The translations under genes were made by a program, and so were the position numbers. Below are positions 9,915 to 18,093 of a DNA stretch of 64,000 nt, piece by piece (position 1 is the first letter of the stretch; each line of letters starts with the position of its first letter). The stretch is from a virus. Location of the stretch: the IMG/VR virus record IMGVR_UViG_3300047323_000545. The stretch is one strand, 5' to 3'. Under the pieces are notes generated by a model that was not told where the DNA came from, did no database searches, and saw nothing but the letters and a program-made list of their open reading frames with translations.

Positions 9915-9932
9915 ACGTTCCTCCTGGGGTGG

Positions 9933-9966
9933 TCACCCCTTGGGCCGCCCGGGGCGACTCAGACAG
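9933..9966 (-). promoter_or_regulatory. Bipartite motif CTGT-N21-AAGGGGTGA (putative late promoter, copy 1 of 14)
   Basis: Exact consensus match upstream of the 47-aa ORF and J-like gene. Confidence 0.6.
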
Positions 9967-11062
9967 CGCACCGGCCGGGATGCACGACCTGGAAGCAGAG
10001 GTGGCAGTAGAGGACCTTCGGCTTCTCCCAGACCTGCCAGGGCACCGCGTACTCGTTGACGAGGACGTCGTACAGCGCATCGGACATCTCGGCGGGGTCA
10101 GCAGCGAAGGGGCTCTGCACGACCCAGTTCTGGCACCAGGCGGAGGCGCGCTGCGGGGCACCAGGGAAGAACTTGCCGTTGTAGGTGCGGCCTGCGACGG
10201 CGCGCCATCCGGCGTCGTCGTTGTCCATGAACCAGATGAGCTTCTTGCGGCCTCGCACCAGGTGCTCGATCTGCTCGTCGGTGACGACGGCGCCGAAGGT
10301 TCCCTCGATGTTGCTGTGGTGCTGGTGGCGGAGCTGACTCATGGGCGACTCGACGACGACGACCTCGTGCCGCAGGAACTCGCGGCCGAAGATCGTCTCG
10401 TCGCGAGGGAAGCCGGGGGTGCTCAGGTACTTCGGTGCGCTCGGGTCGGCAGCGGGCAGGCGGCGGGACTGCCAGCCGACGAGCTGGCCTTCCCAGTAGT
10501 GCGGGATGACGGCGCGCGGGCCGGTGCGCACCCGGGCCTCGGGCGGTCCCATGAAGCCGTCGGGGTCGAGGCAGATGCCCATCCGCTCGCAGGTCTCGAT
10601 CGGGATGCCGCGCTCGCGGGTGATGTAGTCGGGGACGCCCTGCCAGCGCTCCAGCATGCGGGGGCTGTAGACCGGCATCGGCGGCCGGGACTTCGGCGTG
10701 TAGAGGGCGTCGAAGAAGGCGAGCATGTCGGGCAGGCCGACGGCGCGGGTGAGTCCGGCTTCGCCGAGGAGCCATTCGCGGGCCTCGTCGATGGTGGTGT
10801 CGCCGCGCACCGTGGCGATGAGCCACAGGATGGTGCCGCTGGAGTCACATCCGAGACAGTGGAACAGCAGCTTCGAGGCCGACAGGGCGGCGGTGGGGTT
10901 GCGCTCCTGGTCGTTGTGGAAGGCCCCGACCGGGCACGGGATGATCAGCTCGTCGCGGACCTGTCGCTTGACCTGGATGCCGAGGGAGTCGAGGACGTCC
11001 TTGGCGATCTGGGCCTTGTGCTCGTCGGGGAGCGCGGTGAGCTGGTCGAGGTCAGTCGTCAT
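9959..11062 (-). CDS. DNA primase (zinc finger + TOPRIM)
   Basis: CP...H...HCLGC zinc finger, PKYLS, VVVES, FMDNDDAG. Confidence 0.8.
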   Translation of the reverse strand: MTTDLDQLTALPDEHKAQIAKDVLDSLGIQVKRQVRDELIIPCPVGAFHNDQERNPTAALSASKLLFHCLGCDSSGTILWLIATVRGDTTIDEAREWLLGEAGLTRAVGLPDMLAFFDALYTPKSRPPMPVYSPRMLERWQGVPDYITRERGIPIETCERMGICLDPDGFMGPPEARVRTGPRAVIPHYWEGQLVGWQSRRLPAADPSAPKYLSTPGFPRDETIFGREFLRHEVVVVESPMSQLRHQHHSNIEGTFGAVVTDEQIEHLVRGRKKLIWFMDNDDAGWRAVAGRTYNGKFFPGAPQRASAWCQNWVVQSPFAADPAEMSDALYDVLVNEYAVPWQVWEKPKVLYCHLCFQVVHPGRCAV

Positions 11063-11351
11063 AGGAGTCGACGGCCTTGATGCGGGCCAGGTCGGCCGGG
11101 GAGGCCACGCGCTCGCTCCAGACGTACCCGCAGGAGGCGCAGCCCCGGCAGAGGTGCTCTGTGGTCTCGTCGGGGACGTCCCCTGGGGTGTCGCTCATGG
11201 CGACGATGGCGTCGCGGCGCTCCTTGCACATCCCGACGACCACGGTGTCGTGGTACTCGGTGACGGGGAACTGGGTGAGGCACTTCGGGCAGCGGCTCTC
11301 CGGGTCGCCGGTGAAGGCGATGAGCCACGGCCCCAGTGCGGTGGAGGTCAT
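11052..11351 (-). CDS. Small zinc-ribbon protein
   Basis: CPKC...C..CASC; coupled to whiB and primase. Confidence 0.55.
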   Translation of the reverse strand: MTSTALGPWLIAFTGDPESRCPKCLTQFPVTEYHDTVVVGMCKERRDAIVAMSDTPGDVPDETTEHLCRGCASCGYVWSERVASPADLARIKAVDSYDD

Positions 11352-11953
11352 GCGGCGACCTTCGATTCCTTCTGGGAAGCGCGCTCGGCCGCGCGCTGGA
11401 CGCGGTGCGCCTCGCGGCAGGTGCACTCCGGGTGCGGGGCGAGCTGGAGTTCGTTCTTCTTGAAGTGCGCGCGGTAGCCGCGTTCGGTGCCGCAGATGGG
11501 CCGCAGGGGGGCCTGGAAGAGGCTGACGCGGCTGCCGGGGATCTCCTCGTACTGCTGCTGCTCCTCGGCCCGCCTGGCGGCTGCTGCGGCCTTCTCCTTG
11601 CGCTTGCGCTCCTCGGCGGCCTCCTTGTACGCCTGCTGGCGGGCGTTGTGGGCCAGGCGGCAGGGCTCGCAGTCCTCGCCCGCGTCATTGTGACGGCGGT
11701 AGGCCATCTCGCTTTCGCAGTCCGGTGGGAGAAGGTCGGCTTCGGTGATGCCGAGGGCAGCCCAGCGCTCTCCCTGGGTCTCTCCGCCCCAGATGCCCCA
11801 CTCGCGGCCCTCGCGGCCAGCACGACGGCAGGCCAGCTCCACGGGGCAAGTGCCGCAGATCCGCAGGGCCTTGCGGGCGGCCTTGGTCTCGCGTGTCTTG
11901 CCGGTGTCGAACAGCTCGGGCTGGACGGCGCAGGGGAAGGCGTAGGCGGTCAC
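11348..11953 (-). CDS. whiB: WhiB-family Fe-S transcription factor with two extra C-terminal Cys/His modules
   Basis: C...C..C.....C plus GIWGG; then CESEMAYRRH..CEPC and CGTERGYRAH..CTC. Confidence 0.85.
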   Translation of the reverse strand: MTAYAFPCAVQPELFDTGKTRETKAARKALRICGTCPVELACRRAGREGREWGIWGGETQGERWAALGITEADLLPPDCESEMAYRRHNDAGEDCEPCRLAHNARQQAYKEAAEERKRKEKAAAAARRAEEQQQYEEIPGSRVSLFQAPLRPICGTERGYRAHFKKNELQLAPHPECTCREAHRVQRAAERASQKESKVAA

Positions 11954-13254
11954 AGGGTCACCTCGCCGAGGACGTGCTGGGTGCCGTACCAGGGCTCCCA
12001 GGCGCAGCGCCAGTTGGTCAGGTCCATGCGTCGGGACGCGAGCATTTGAAGGGTGGCCATACCGGCAGCGACCTCGGTTTCTGAGCGGATGAGGCCGAAC
12101 ACCCAGGAGCTGTAGCGCTCGATCGCCGAGGAGTCGGCGATGTGCTGCATCTCCAGTCGTCCGGCCTTCTGGGCGGCGGCGACGCCCTCACGGTTGATCT
12201 GGCAGTTCAGGAGCACCGACGGCATGTAGCGGCCGGTGGTGATGAGCGTGGACAGCTCGTTCATCAGCTCGGCGATCGTTTCGTGCTTGGGCCGCCGGGG
12301 GTTGGGGTTGGGGTGCTGGATGTGGGAGAGCTGGTCGATGATGATCGACTTCGCCCCGTAGGACTGGGCCTGGCGGATGAGGGCGGCGGGGGTGCGCAGG
12401 CCGTCGTCCGGGGAGAGGACGTGCAGGCCGTCCTTCAGGTCCTGCTCGTTCTCGGCGAGCCAGGTGCGGACTCGGTCGACGTCCTCAGCGGCGGCCGTGC
12501 CCTTCTGGTACTCGCGGTAGTCGACGCAGCAGATCTGGCAGGCGAGCCGGTCGTACGTCATCTGCACGCTGTTCTCCAGCGTGTAGAGGACGGTCTCCCG
12601 GTCGCGCCGCCACTCGGTGTTGGCGACGTGGGTGGCGCTGAACGACTTGGCACCCTTGGGCGGGGCGCACCAGGCGCAGATCTCGCCCCCGTGGACGCCG
12701 AGGGTGTGATTGTCGACGGCCTCCATCCCGAGGGACATGCCGGTGACGACCTTCGGTGCGGCGGCGCGCTGGTCGTAGCGGGCGAGGGAGTCGCGCAGTC
12801 CCTGGACGCCTTCGACCTCGTTCTGCCGGTTGCGGACCGACATGGAGAGGCCGTGGAAGGCGGCGGCGGCCTGGTGGACGGCCTCGACGCGTTCGTGCGG
12901 CTCGGCGTTGGCCATCGCGACGGCGGCCTCGCGCTGCAGGCGCTGGGACTCGGCCAGGACGTACTGGCTCTGCAGGTACTCGATCGCCGCGAAGACCTCG
13001 TCGACTTCGAGGTCCTCGTCCGGCAGGACGATGTTGCACTGCTCCAGCCGGTGTCCCCACTGCTCCTGCAGGAGTTCGCGGGAGGGCGCCTTGGTGCGGC
13101 CGGAGCGGTAGAAGTAGGAGACCGTCCACTCGACGACGTCGCGCATGCCGGTCGTCGGGATGCACGCCGGGTCCAGGCCTGTGTCGGCCAGCTGCTCCAG
13201 CGCGTCTACGTCGGTGAGGCTGGCGTAGAGGACGGTCTCTGCGTGCATGGTCAT
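11950..13254 (-). CDS. DnaB-like replicative helicase
   Basis: Variant P-loop APPKGAKS, YTLEN, IIDQL, CQINR, SSAIE; located in the primase/loader cluster. Confidence 0.8.
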   Translation of the reverse strand: MTMHAETVLYASLTDVDALEQLADTGLDPACIPTTGMRDVVEWTVSYFYRSGRTKAPSRELLQEQWGHRLEQCNIVLPDEDLEVDEVFAAIEYLQSQYVLAESQRLQREAAVAMANAEPHERVEAVHQAAAAFHGLSMSVRNRQNEVEGVQGLRDSLARYDQRAAAPKVVTGMSLGMEAVDNHTLGVHGGEICAWCAPPKGAKSFSATHVANTEWRRDRETVLYTLENSVQMTYDRLACQICCVDYREYQKGTAAAEDVDRVRTWLAENEQDLKDGLHVLSPDDGLRTPAALIRQAQSYGAKSIIIDQLSHIQHPNPNPRRPKHETIAELMNELSTLITTGRYMPSVLLNCQINREGVAAAQKAGRLEMQHIADSSAIERYSSWVFGLIRSETEVAAGMATLQMLASRRMDLTNWRCAWEPWYGTQHVLGEVTL

Positions 13255-13490
13255 GCGGTCACCTGTGGGAACGCCAGGCCCTTGGCGACGGCCAGGGCGA
13301 CTGCGTGCGTGCGGTTGTCGGCGCCGAGGCAGGGGCGGATGCGGTAGCGCCAGTACTCGCGGACGGTGTGGACGCTGATCTCCAGGTCGCCAGCGATCTC
13401 GGCGTCGCTGTACCCCCCGCTCGCGAGCTGGACGATGTCCCCCTCCCTCGGCGAGAGGGGGTCCCCGAGAGTCTTGGCCGCCAGGGTCAC
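13251..13490 (-). CDS. Stand-alone LuxR-type HTH protein
   Basis: LSPREGDIVQL...GYSDAEIAGDLEISVHTV...NRTHAVALA. Confidence 0.85.
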   Translation of the reverse strand: MTLAAKTLGDPLSPREGDIVQLASGGYSDAEIAGDLEISVHTVREYWRYRIRPCLGADNRTHAVALAVAKGLAFPQVTA

Positions 13491-14110
13491 CGGGCGCCCT
13501 GCGGGAGGCTGTCGACGTCGGCGGCGACCATGCGCAGCGCCACGGCGAGCCCGGCCAGCTCCATGTTGCCCTCGGCGTGCTTCATGACCTCACCGGCCAG
13601 GTGGCGCACGGAGTCGCCCGGGGTGCGCTGGCGGATGAAGGTGACGAAGTTCGGCGTCTCGGCCTGCTGGCGGGCCCTGTTCAGCTCGGTCTCGTACCGC
13701 TCGGCCGTCTGCTTGGCTTCCTCGGTGCGCTGCTTCCACATCCGGCACTGCTTGATGAGGTTGTCGTTGCGCTTCTGCAGGTCGATCAGGGCCTGGTTCG
13801 CGGTGGCCAGCTCGGACTCGGGGCCGCGCATGGCGGCGGCGATCTCGCCGACGCGCTTCTCCAGTTCGAGGACGGCCGTCTTGGAAGTACCCAGGAGGGT
13901 GCTCAGGGTGCGGACCTTGTGGTCGACGACGCGTACCTGCTCGGCGGCCTTCTCAGCGGTCATGCCCGCCTTCGGGGTGTAGTGCCGGGTGACCTGGTTG
14001 TTGGCCGTGGCCTCCCAGGCAGCGGGCAGGCCCATGGACGCCGGAAGCGTTCCCCCTCGGGAGTTGGCCGTCCTGGGGATAGATGCGAAAAGCTCGTCGT
14101 CAAAGCTCAT
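13487..14110 (-). CDS. Coiled-coil hypothetical protein
   Basis: Heptad-rich centre; coupled to neighbours. Confidence 0.6.
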   Translation of the reverse strand: MSFDDELFASIPRTANSRGGTLPASMGLPAAWEATANNQVTRHYTPKAGMTAEKAAEQVRVVDHKVRTLSTLLGTSKTAVLELEKRVGEIAAAMRGPESELATANQALIDLQKRNDNLIKQCRMWKQRTEEAKQTAERYETELNRARQQAETPNFVTFIRQRTPGDSVRHLAGEVMKHAEGNMELAGLAVALRMVAADVDSLPQGAR

Positions 14111-14111
14111 G

Positions 14112-14960
14112 TCATACCGCCGTGATGGGTCGGGCCAGGCCGAGTTCGGCTTCCTGGCGGGAGAGTTCGCGTCGCACCGGCCGGTAGTCGGTGCCGGGGA
14201 TCTCGATGAAGTCGGCGGACTCGCTGAGCAGGCTCATCGCGTAGACGCCGTAGCCCTGCTGGATCTCCTGGGGAGATCGGTTACTGGTGATGATCGTGGG
14301 CGCGGCATCGGAGACGCGGGCGCGGATGATGCGGTCGACCATGTCCTCGACTACGTCGATCCGGCCCTTGTTCTCTTTGCCCATGTCGTCCATGGCGAGG
14401 ACGTCCACGTTGCGCACGCGGCGCGTCCAGTGCTCGCGCTCGTCCTTGTCGCGCCAGGTGGAGGTGAAGAGGTCGATGACGTCGTTGAACTGCGAGAAGT
14501 GGGCCTGAAATCCGTTGGCCATGAGGAACTTGCACAGCAGAGCGAGGAAAAGCGTCTTGCCGGTGCCGGGGTCCTTGGACCAGAGGATCAGGTTGCGTCC
14601 GGTGGCTATGTTGCGGGCCGCCTGGAGGGCGTAGCCCATGACCTGTTCAACGATGTGCTGCGGAACAGTCTTGATGTCGTCCCAGCCCAGGCGCTGGTAG
14701 TTCATTGGGATGCCCGCGTTGAGGAACCACAGGTGCATGAGCCACTGGTCGCGGCAGTCGCACTCGTAGGTGACGACCTCCTCCGTGCGGCGGTTTGCGG
14801 CGTCGTCGGCGTACCAGCGGTAGGTGTTGCTGTCCCGCTTGAGGCAGGTCAGGCAGGTGTCCTTGGGGCTGGTCCATAGGCGGGGGCGGACGGCCTTGAG
14901 CCGGTCGAAGTCCGGGTTGGACAGCGGCTGGCAGGACGGAGGAGGCGGAGGTCGTTTCAA
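14112..14960 (-). CDS. DnaC/IstB-like AAA+ ATPase (helicase loader)
   Basis: CxxC...CxC, PGTGKT, LAMDDMGKE, TIITSN, GTDYR; AAGGA RBS before TTG 14960. Confidence 0.8.
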   Translation of the reverse strand: MKRPPPPPSCQPLSNPDFDRLKAVRPRLWTSPKDTCLTCLKRDSNTYRWYADDAANRRTEEVVTYECDCRDQWLMHLWFLNAGIPMNYQRLGWDDIKTVPQHIVEQVMGYALQAARNIATGRNLILWSKDPGTGKTLFLALLCKFLMANGFQAHFSQFNDVIDLFTSTWRDKDEREHWTRRVRNVDVLAMDDMGKENKGRIDVVEDMVDRIIRARVSDAAPTIITSNRSPQEIQQGYGVYAMSLLSESADFIEIPGTDYRPVRRELSRQEAELGLARPITAV

Positions 14961-15007
14961 GGTGGCGGTCCTTGATGAAGGCCCAGTGGCGGCCGGGCGG
15001 TGGTAGA

Positions 15008-15259
15008 TCAGAAGGTCTTGCGGAGGACGCTGTCGGCGCAGGGGGTGCCCTCCAGGTCGTACGCCTGAAGGATCTTGAACCGCTGGATGTGCGTGTTGAG
15101 CAGCTCTTGCTCCCAGCGGTGCATGGCGTCGTGCCACTCCTCCACGTTCAGGAGAACGTGGCCTTCGGGGCCGCAGCAGCGTTCTGAGCCGTCCTCGATC
15201 TCCAGGCCGCCGTCGATGGGGCGGACGTAGGAGTTGGGGCAGCAGGCGGGCTCAGGCAT
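15008..15259 (-). CDS. Hypothetical protein
   Basis: High GC3; overlaps the upstream gene end. Confidence 0.5.
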   Translation of the reverse strand: MPEPACCPNSYVRPIDGGLEIEDGSERCCGPEGHVLLNVEEWHDAMHRWEQELLNTHIQRFKILQAYDLEGTPCADSVLRKTF

Positions 15260-15650
15260 CGGCCAGCCGCTCGCTGATCGGGCCCGCGAAGAAGTCGTCG
15301 TTGCCGATGGTGAAACGGGTGACGGTGACAGGCGACTGCCGCCAGTAGCCGTCCTGCTGCTCGAAGGCGAAGCGGGCGATGGGCCCGGCCTGGTTGCCCC
15401 AGCGGGCGGCGAAGCTCTTGAAGATCGAGTTGACCGTGTGGGCCTCGCGGCGCGGCTGGGGGCCGTGGCGCTCGGCGACCGAACGCATGACGTAGTCGCG
15501 CAGTTGCTCCCAGGACCAGTCCATGGGGGCGTTGAGGAGGTCGGTGGCTGCCATGGCGACAGGGCCGGGCGCGGCGGCCGGGCGGATGGTCACCGGCGGT
15601 GCAGCGGGCACGGCGGCCTTGCCGTAGGCAGGGGCGGAAAAGTCGAGCAC
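15252..15650 (-). CDS. Hypothetical protein
   Basis: GGAG RBS before GTG 15650; sigma70-like promoter upstream. Confidence 0.55.
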   Translation of the reverse strand: MLDFSAPAYGKAAVPAAPPVTIRPAAAPGPVAMAATDLLNAPMDWSWEQLRDYVMRSVAERHGPQPRREAHTVNSIFKSFAARWGNQAGPIARFAFEQQDGYWRQSPVTVTRFTIGNDDFFAGPISERLADA

Positions 15651-15734
15651 GAGGTCTCCAACCTGGCGGTGGCTGGGCACGGCAAGATGGCGGTCTGCCG
15701 TGGAAGAGGGCCTCCTGGCGGTGAAGGCGCTTTG

Positions 15735-15764
15735 ACGCTAACCGCCGGTCCAGGTCGAGAGCAA
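15735..15764 (-). promoter_or_regulatory. Housekeeping-sigma (HrdB-type) promoter TTGCTC-N18-TAGCGT
   Basis: Intergenic, upstream of the loader/helicase/primase run. Confidence 0.5.
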
Positions 15765-15773
15765 GAAACTGCT

Positions 15774-16655
15774 CTACCAGAGTTCTCCGGCCATCAATTG
15801 GCGCTCGATCTCGCGCAGCTGGTAGCGGTTCAGGAACGCCCACAGGGCCTGCCAGGCGGCGTCCGGGCCGGGGGTGACGGGCATGAACGGGCCGGGGCCG
15901 GTGGGGATCATCTCGTACGGGACGTCGCGGAGGTCGACGAGCTGGCGGTAGACCGCGATCTCGCCCTTCTCGCGGGCCTCGATGATGGCCGGGTGCTCGA
16001 CGGCGCCCAGGTCCCATCCGGCGGCCGTGAGGTGCTTGAGGGCGTAGACGTCGCCGATGCCCTTCACGCCGGGGATGCCGTCGGAGGCGTCGCCGGTCAG
16101 GGACATCACGAGGGGGCGCTGGGCGGGCGTGCAGCCGTAGCGCTCGATGACCTTGTCCTCGTCCCAGCGGTCGGTGGGGGTGTTGTAGCTGGAGATGCGG
16201 ATCTGCGTGCACGGGTGGCCGGTCGGGGTCTCGCCGACGAGCTGGAGCATGTCCTTATCGCTGGAGAGGATGACGACCGGCTCGTGGGCGTAGCGCCAGT
16301 GCGCGGCGATGAGGTCGTCGGCCTCGAACCCTGGCAGATAGGTCCAGGGGACCCGGGCGAGGGAGAGGAACTGCCGGACGAGCCTGCGGGTGACGCTGCG
16401 GTACTCGTCGGTGACCTGGGGCCGGTTGGCTTTGTACTTCGGGTAGATCTGCTTGCGCCAGTCCGGTCCGCTGTCCCAGAGCACCATGACGCGGTAGGGC
16501 TTCTCCTCGCGTATGTAGCGGGAGATGGTCTTGATGAAGACGACCAGGGCGCTGGTGTCGGTGCCGTCGTCGCTGTGCATGGCGGAGCGGCGGGTGGCCT
16601 CGACGGCGCGTATCAGGATGTTGTTGCCGTCGATGAGCAGGGTGGGGCGCATCAT
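15774..16655 (-). CDS. 5'-3' exonuclease / flap endonuclease (PolA N-domain-like)
   Basis: LLIDGNN, YPKYKANR, EADDLIA, SSDKDMLQL, GDASDGIPGVKGIG. Confidence 0.9.
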   Translation of the reverse strand: MMRPTLLIDGNNILIRAVEATRRSAMHSDDGTDTSALVVFIKTISRYIREEKPYRVMVLWDSGPDWRKQIYPKYKANRPQVTDEYRSVTRRLVRQFLSLARVPWTYLPGFEADDLIAAHWRYAHEPVVILSSDKDMLQLVGETPTGHPCTQIRISSYNTPTDRWDEDKVIERYGCTPAQRPLVMSLTGDASDGIPGVKGIGDVYALKHLTAAGWDLGAVEHPAIIEAREKGEIAVYRQLVDLRDVPYEMIPTGPGPFMPVTPGPDAAWQALWAFLNRYQLREIERQLMAGELW

Positions 16656-17146
16656 CCCTCGCGCTTCTTGGTCCGGGCCCAGTACTGGCGGGCGATGGCG
16701 AGGAGGATCTGGCACACGCGCTGAAGTTCGTGGCCGTCGATGTCGCCGCGCTCGTACAGGGCGCAGGCGAGGCGTTCGACGTCGGGCAGCGTGTACCGCT
16801 TGGGCACCGTGGCGCCCCCTCGGGTGACGCTGCGGAACTCCAGGGGCTCGCCGTTCAGGAGGAGGGGCCAGGTCTTCGTGTCGCCGGTGGCGAGCCTGTA
16901 GGGCTTGCCCTTGAGCTGGCGCTTGAGCCAGTCGAGCTGTCCGGCGAACGCGAAGCAGGCGACCTCGCCGACGCCGAAGTGCGGGACGGCCAGCGGCGGG
17001 GTGCCGGGGGCGACCGCGTACTTCGGGTCGGTCTCCACGGGAAAGTCAGTGTCGTACAGGATGTACCGGCCGCGCTTGGGATCAGAGACCCGGGCCGTGA
17101 GGTCTTCGGGCTCGACGATGATGGGCTCCATGGTCAGGGGAGGCAT
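16652..17146 (-). CDS. Putative MerR-like DNA-binding protein
   Basis: FGVGEVA...W......R.YTLPDVERLA pattern. Confidence 0.4.
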   Translation of the reverse strand: MPPLTMEPIIVEPEDLTARVSDPKRGRYILYDTDFPVETDPKYAVAPGTPPLAVPHFGVGEVACFAFAGQLDWLKRQLKGKPYRLATGDTKTWPLLLNGEPLEFRSVTRGGATVPKRYTLPDVERLACALYERGDIDGHELQRVCQILLAIARQYWARTKKREG

Positions 17147-17235
17147 ATTCGTCCTTCCACATGCCGCGAGCCTCCGCCCGGGTCAGGGGCGGAGGCGGCG
17201 GGGGCTGTAATGGTGTCGTAAAGATTGCGGGGTGC

Positions 17236-17988
17236 CTAGCGCAGGTTGATGCTCAGCGTGCCGTGCTTCACCGTGCTGATCTTGCTGACGATCTCCTGGT
17301 AGCGGGCCATCTTGTTCTTGAGGGTGAGCACGCGCTTGATCTTGTCGAGGTCGATGACGTGCTGGGTGCTGGTGATCGCGCGGAATTCGGCGCGGGTGAT
17401 CTTGCCGCTTTCCAGGAGGTCGAGCAGGGCGTCCATGCTCCACTCGACGGTATCCTTGGCCTTTTCGCGGGTGAAGTGCTTCAGGCCGTCCTTGATGTCG
17501 GCGCGCTCCGGGTTTCCGGGTGAGGCGATCAGGTAGTGGCCCTTGGCGCTCTTCGGGGTCTTTTCGGGGTCGATCTTCTTGTGCTCTTCGGCGACGACGT
17601 CGAAGTGGACCGAGACCATGGTGTGGATCTCGTTCTTGCGTGCCGTCAGCGCCTTCATCGCGGTGTCGATCTGGATCTTCTCGATGCGCAGCTTGGCCAG
17701 CTCGGTGTTGTTGAGGAGTCGGCGGCTGGCGGGGGGCTTGACCTTCCCGAAGACCTTGGGGATCTCCTCGATGGCCAGCATGAGTTCGCCGGTGACCAGC
17801 TCGACGACGGAGGCGGTCTTCACCGGCTTGTCGGGGTCGATGGGCTGGATGGTGGCCAGCCTGGCCAGGACGTCGGAGAGGTTGAGGCTGGGGTCGTTCT
17901 TCAGCTCGACGCCGAGCTTGTCGAAGTCGAACGGGAGGGAGGGAACGAGTTCGGTGCTGGTGGATTCCGTGGCGGAGGCGGAAGTCAC
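17236..17988 (-). CDS. Hypothetical protein
   Basis: AGGAG RBS, strong GC3 bias, own promoter. Confidence 0.65.
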   Translation of the reverse strand: MTSASATESTSTELVPSLPFDFDKLGVELKNDPSLNLSDVLARLATIQPIDPDKPVKTASVVELVTGELMLAIEEIPKVFGKVKPPASRRLLNNTELAKLRIEKIQIDTAMKALTARKNEIHTMVSVHFDVVAEEHKKIDPEKTPKSAKGHYLIASPGNPERADIKDGLKHFTREKAKDTVEWSMDALLDLLESGKITRAEFRAITSTQHVIDLDKIKRVLTLKNKMARYQEIVSKISTVKHGTLSINLR

Positions 17989-18042
17989 GTTATTGCTCCT
18001 GTGCGTGTGAGGTTATTCGCTCTTGGCGGAGAACGTGGTTTC

Positions 18043-18072
18043 ACCATACCCCCTGGAGGGGGTGGGTGACAA
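18043..18072 (-). promoter_or_regulatory. HrdB-type promoter TTGTCA-N18-TATGGT
   Basis: Near-consensus, intergenic, T-tract upstream. Confidence 0.6.
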
Positions 18073-18093
18073 GAAAAGCGGAAATCCGGATTC

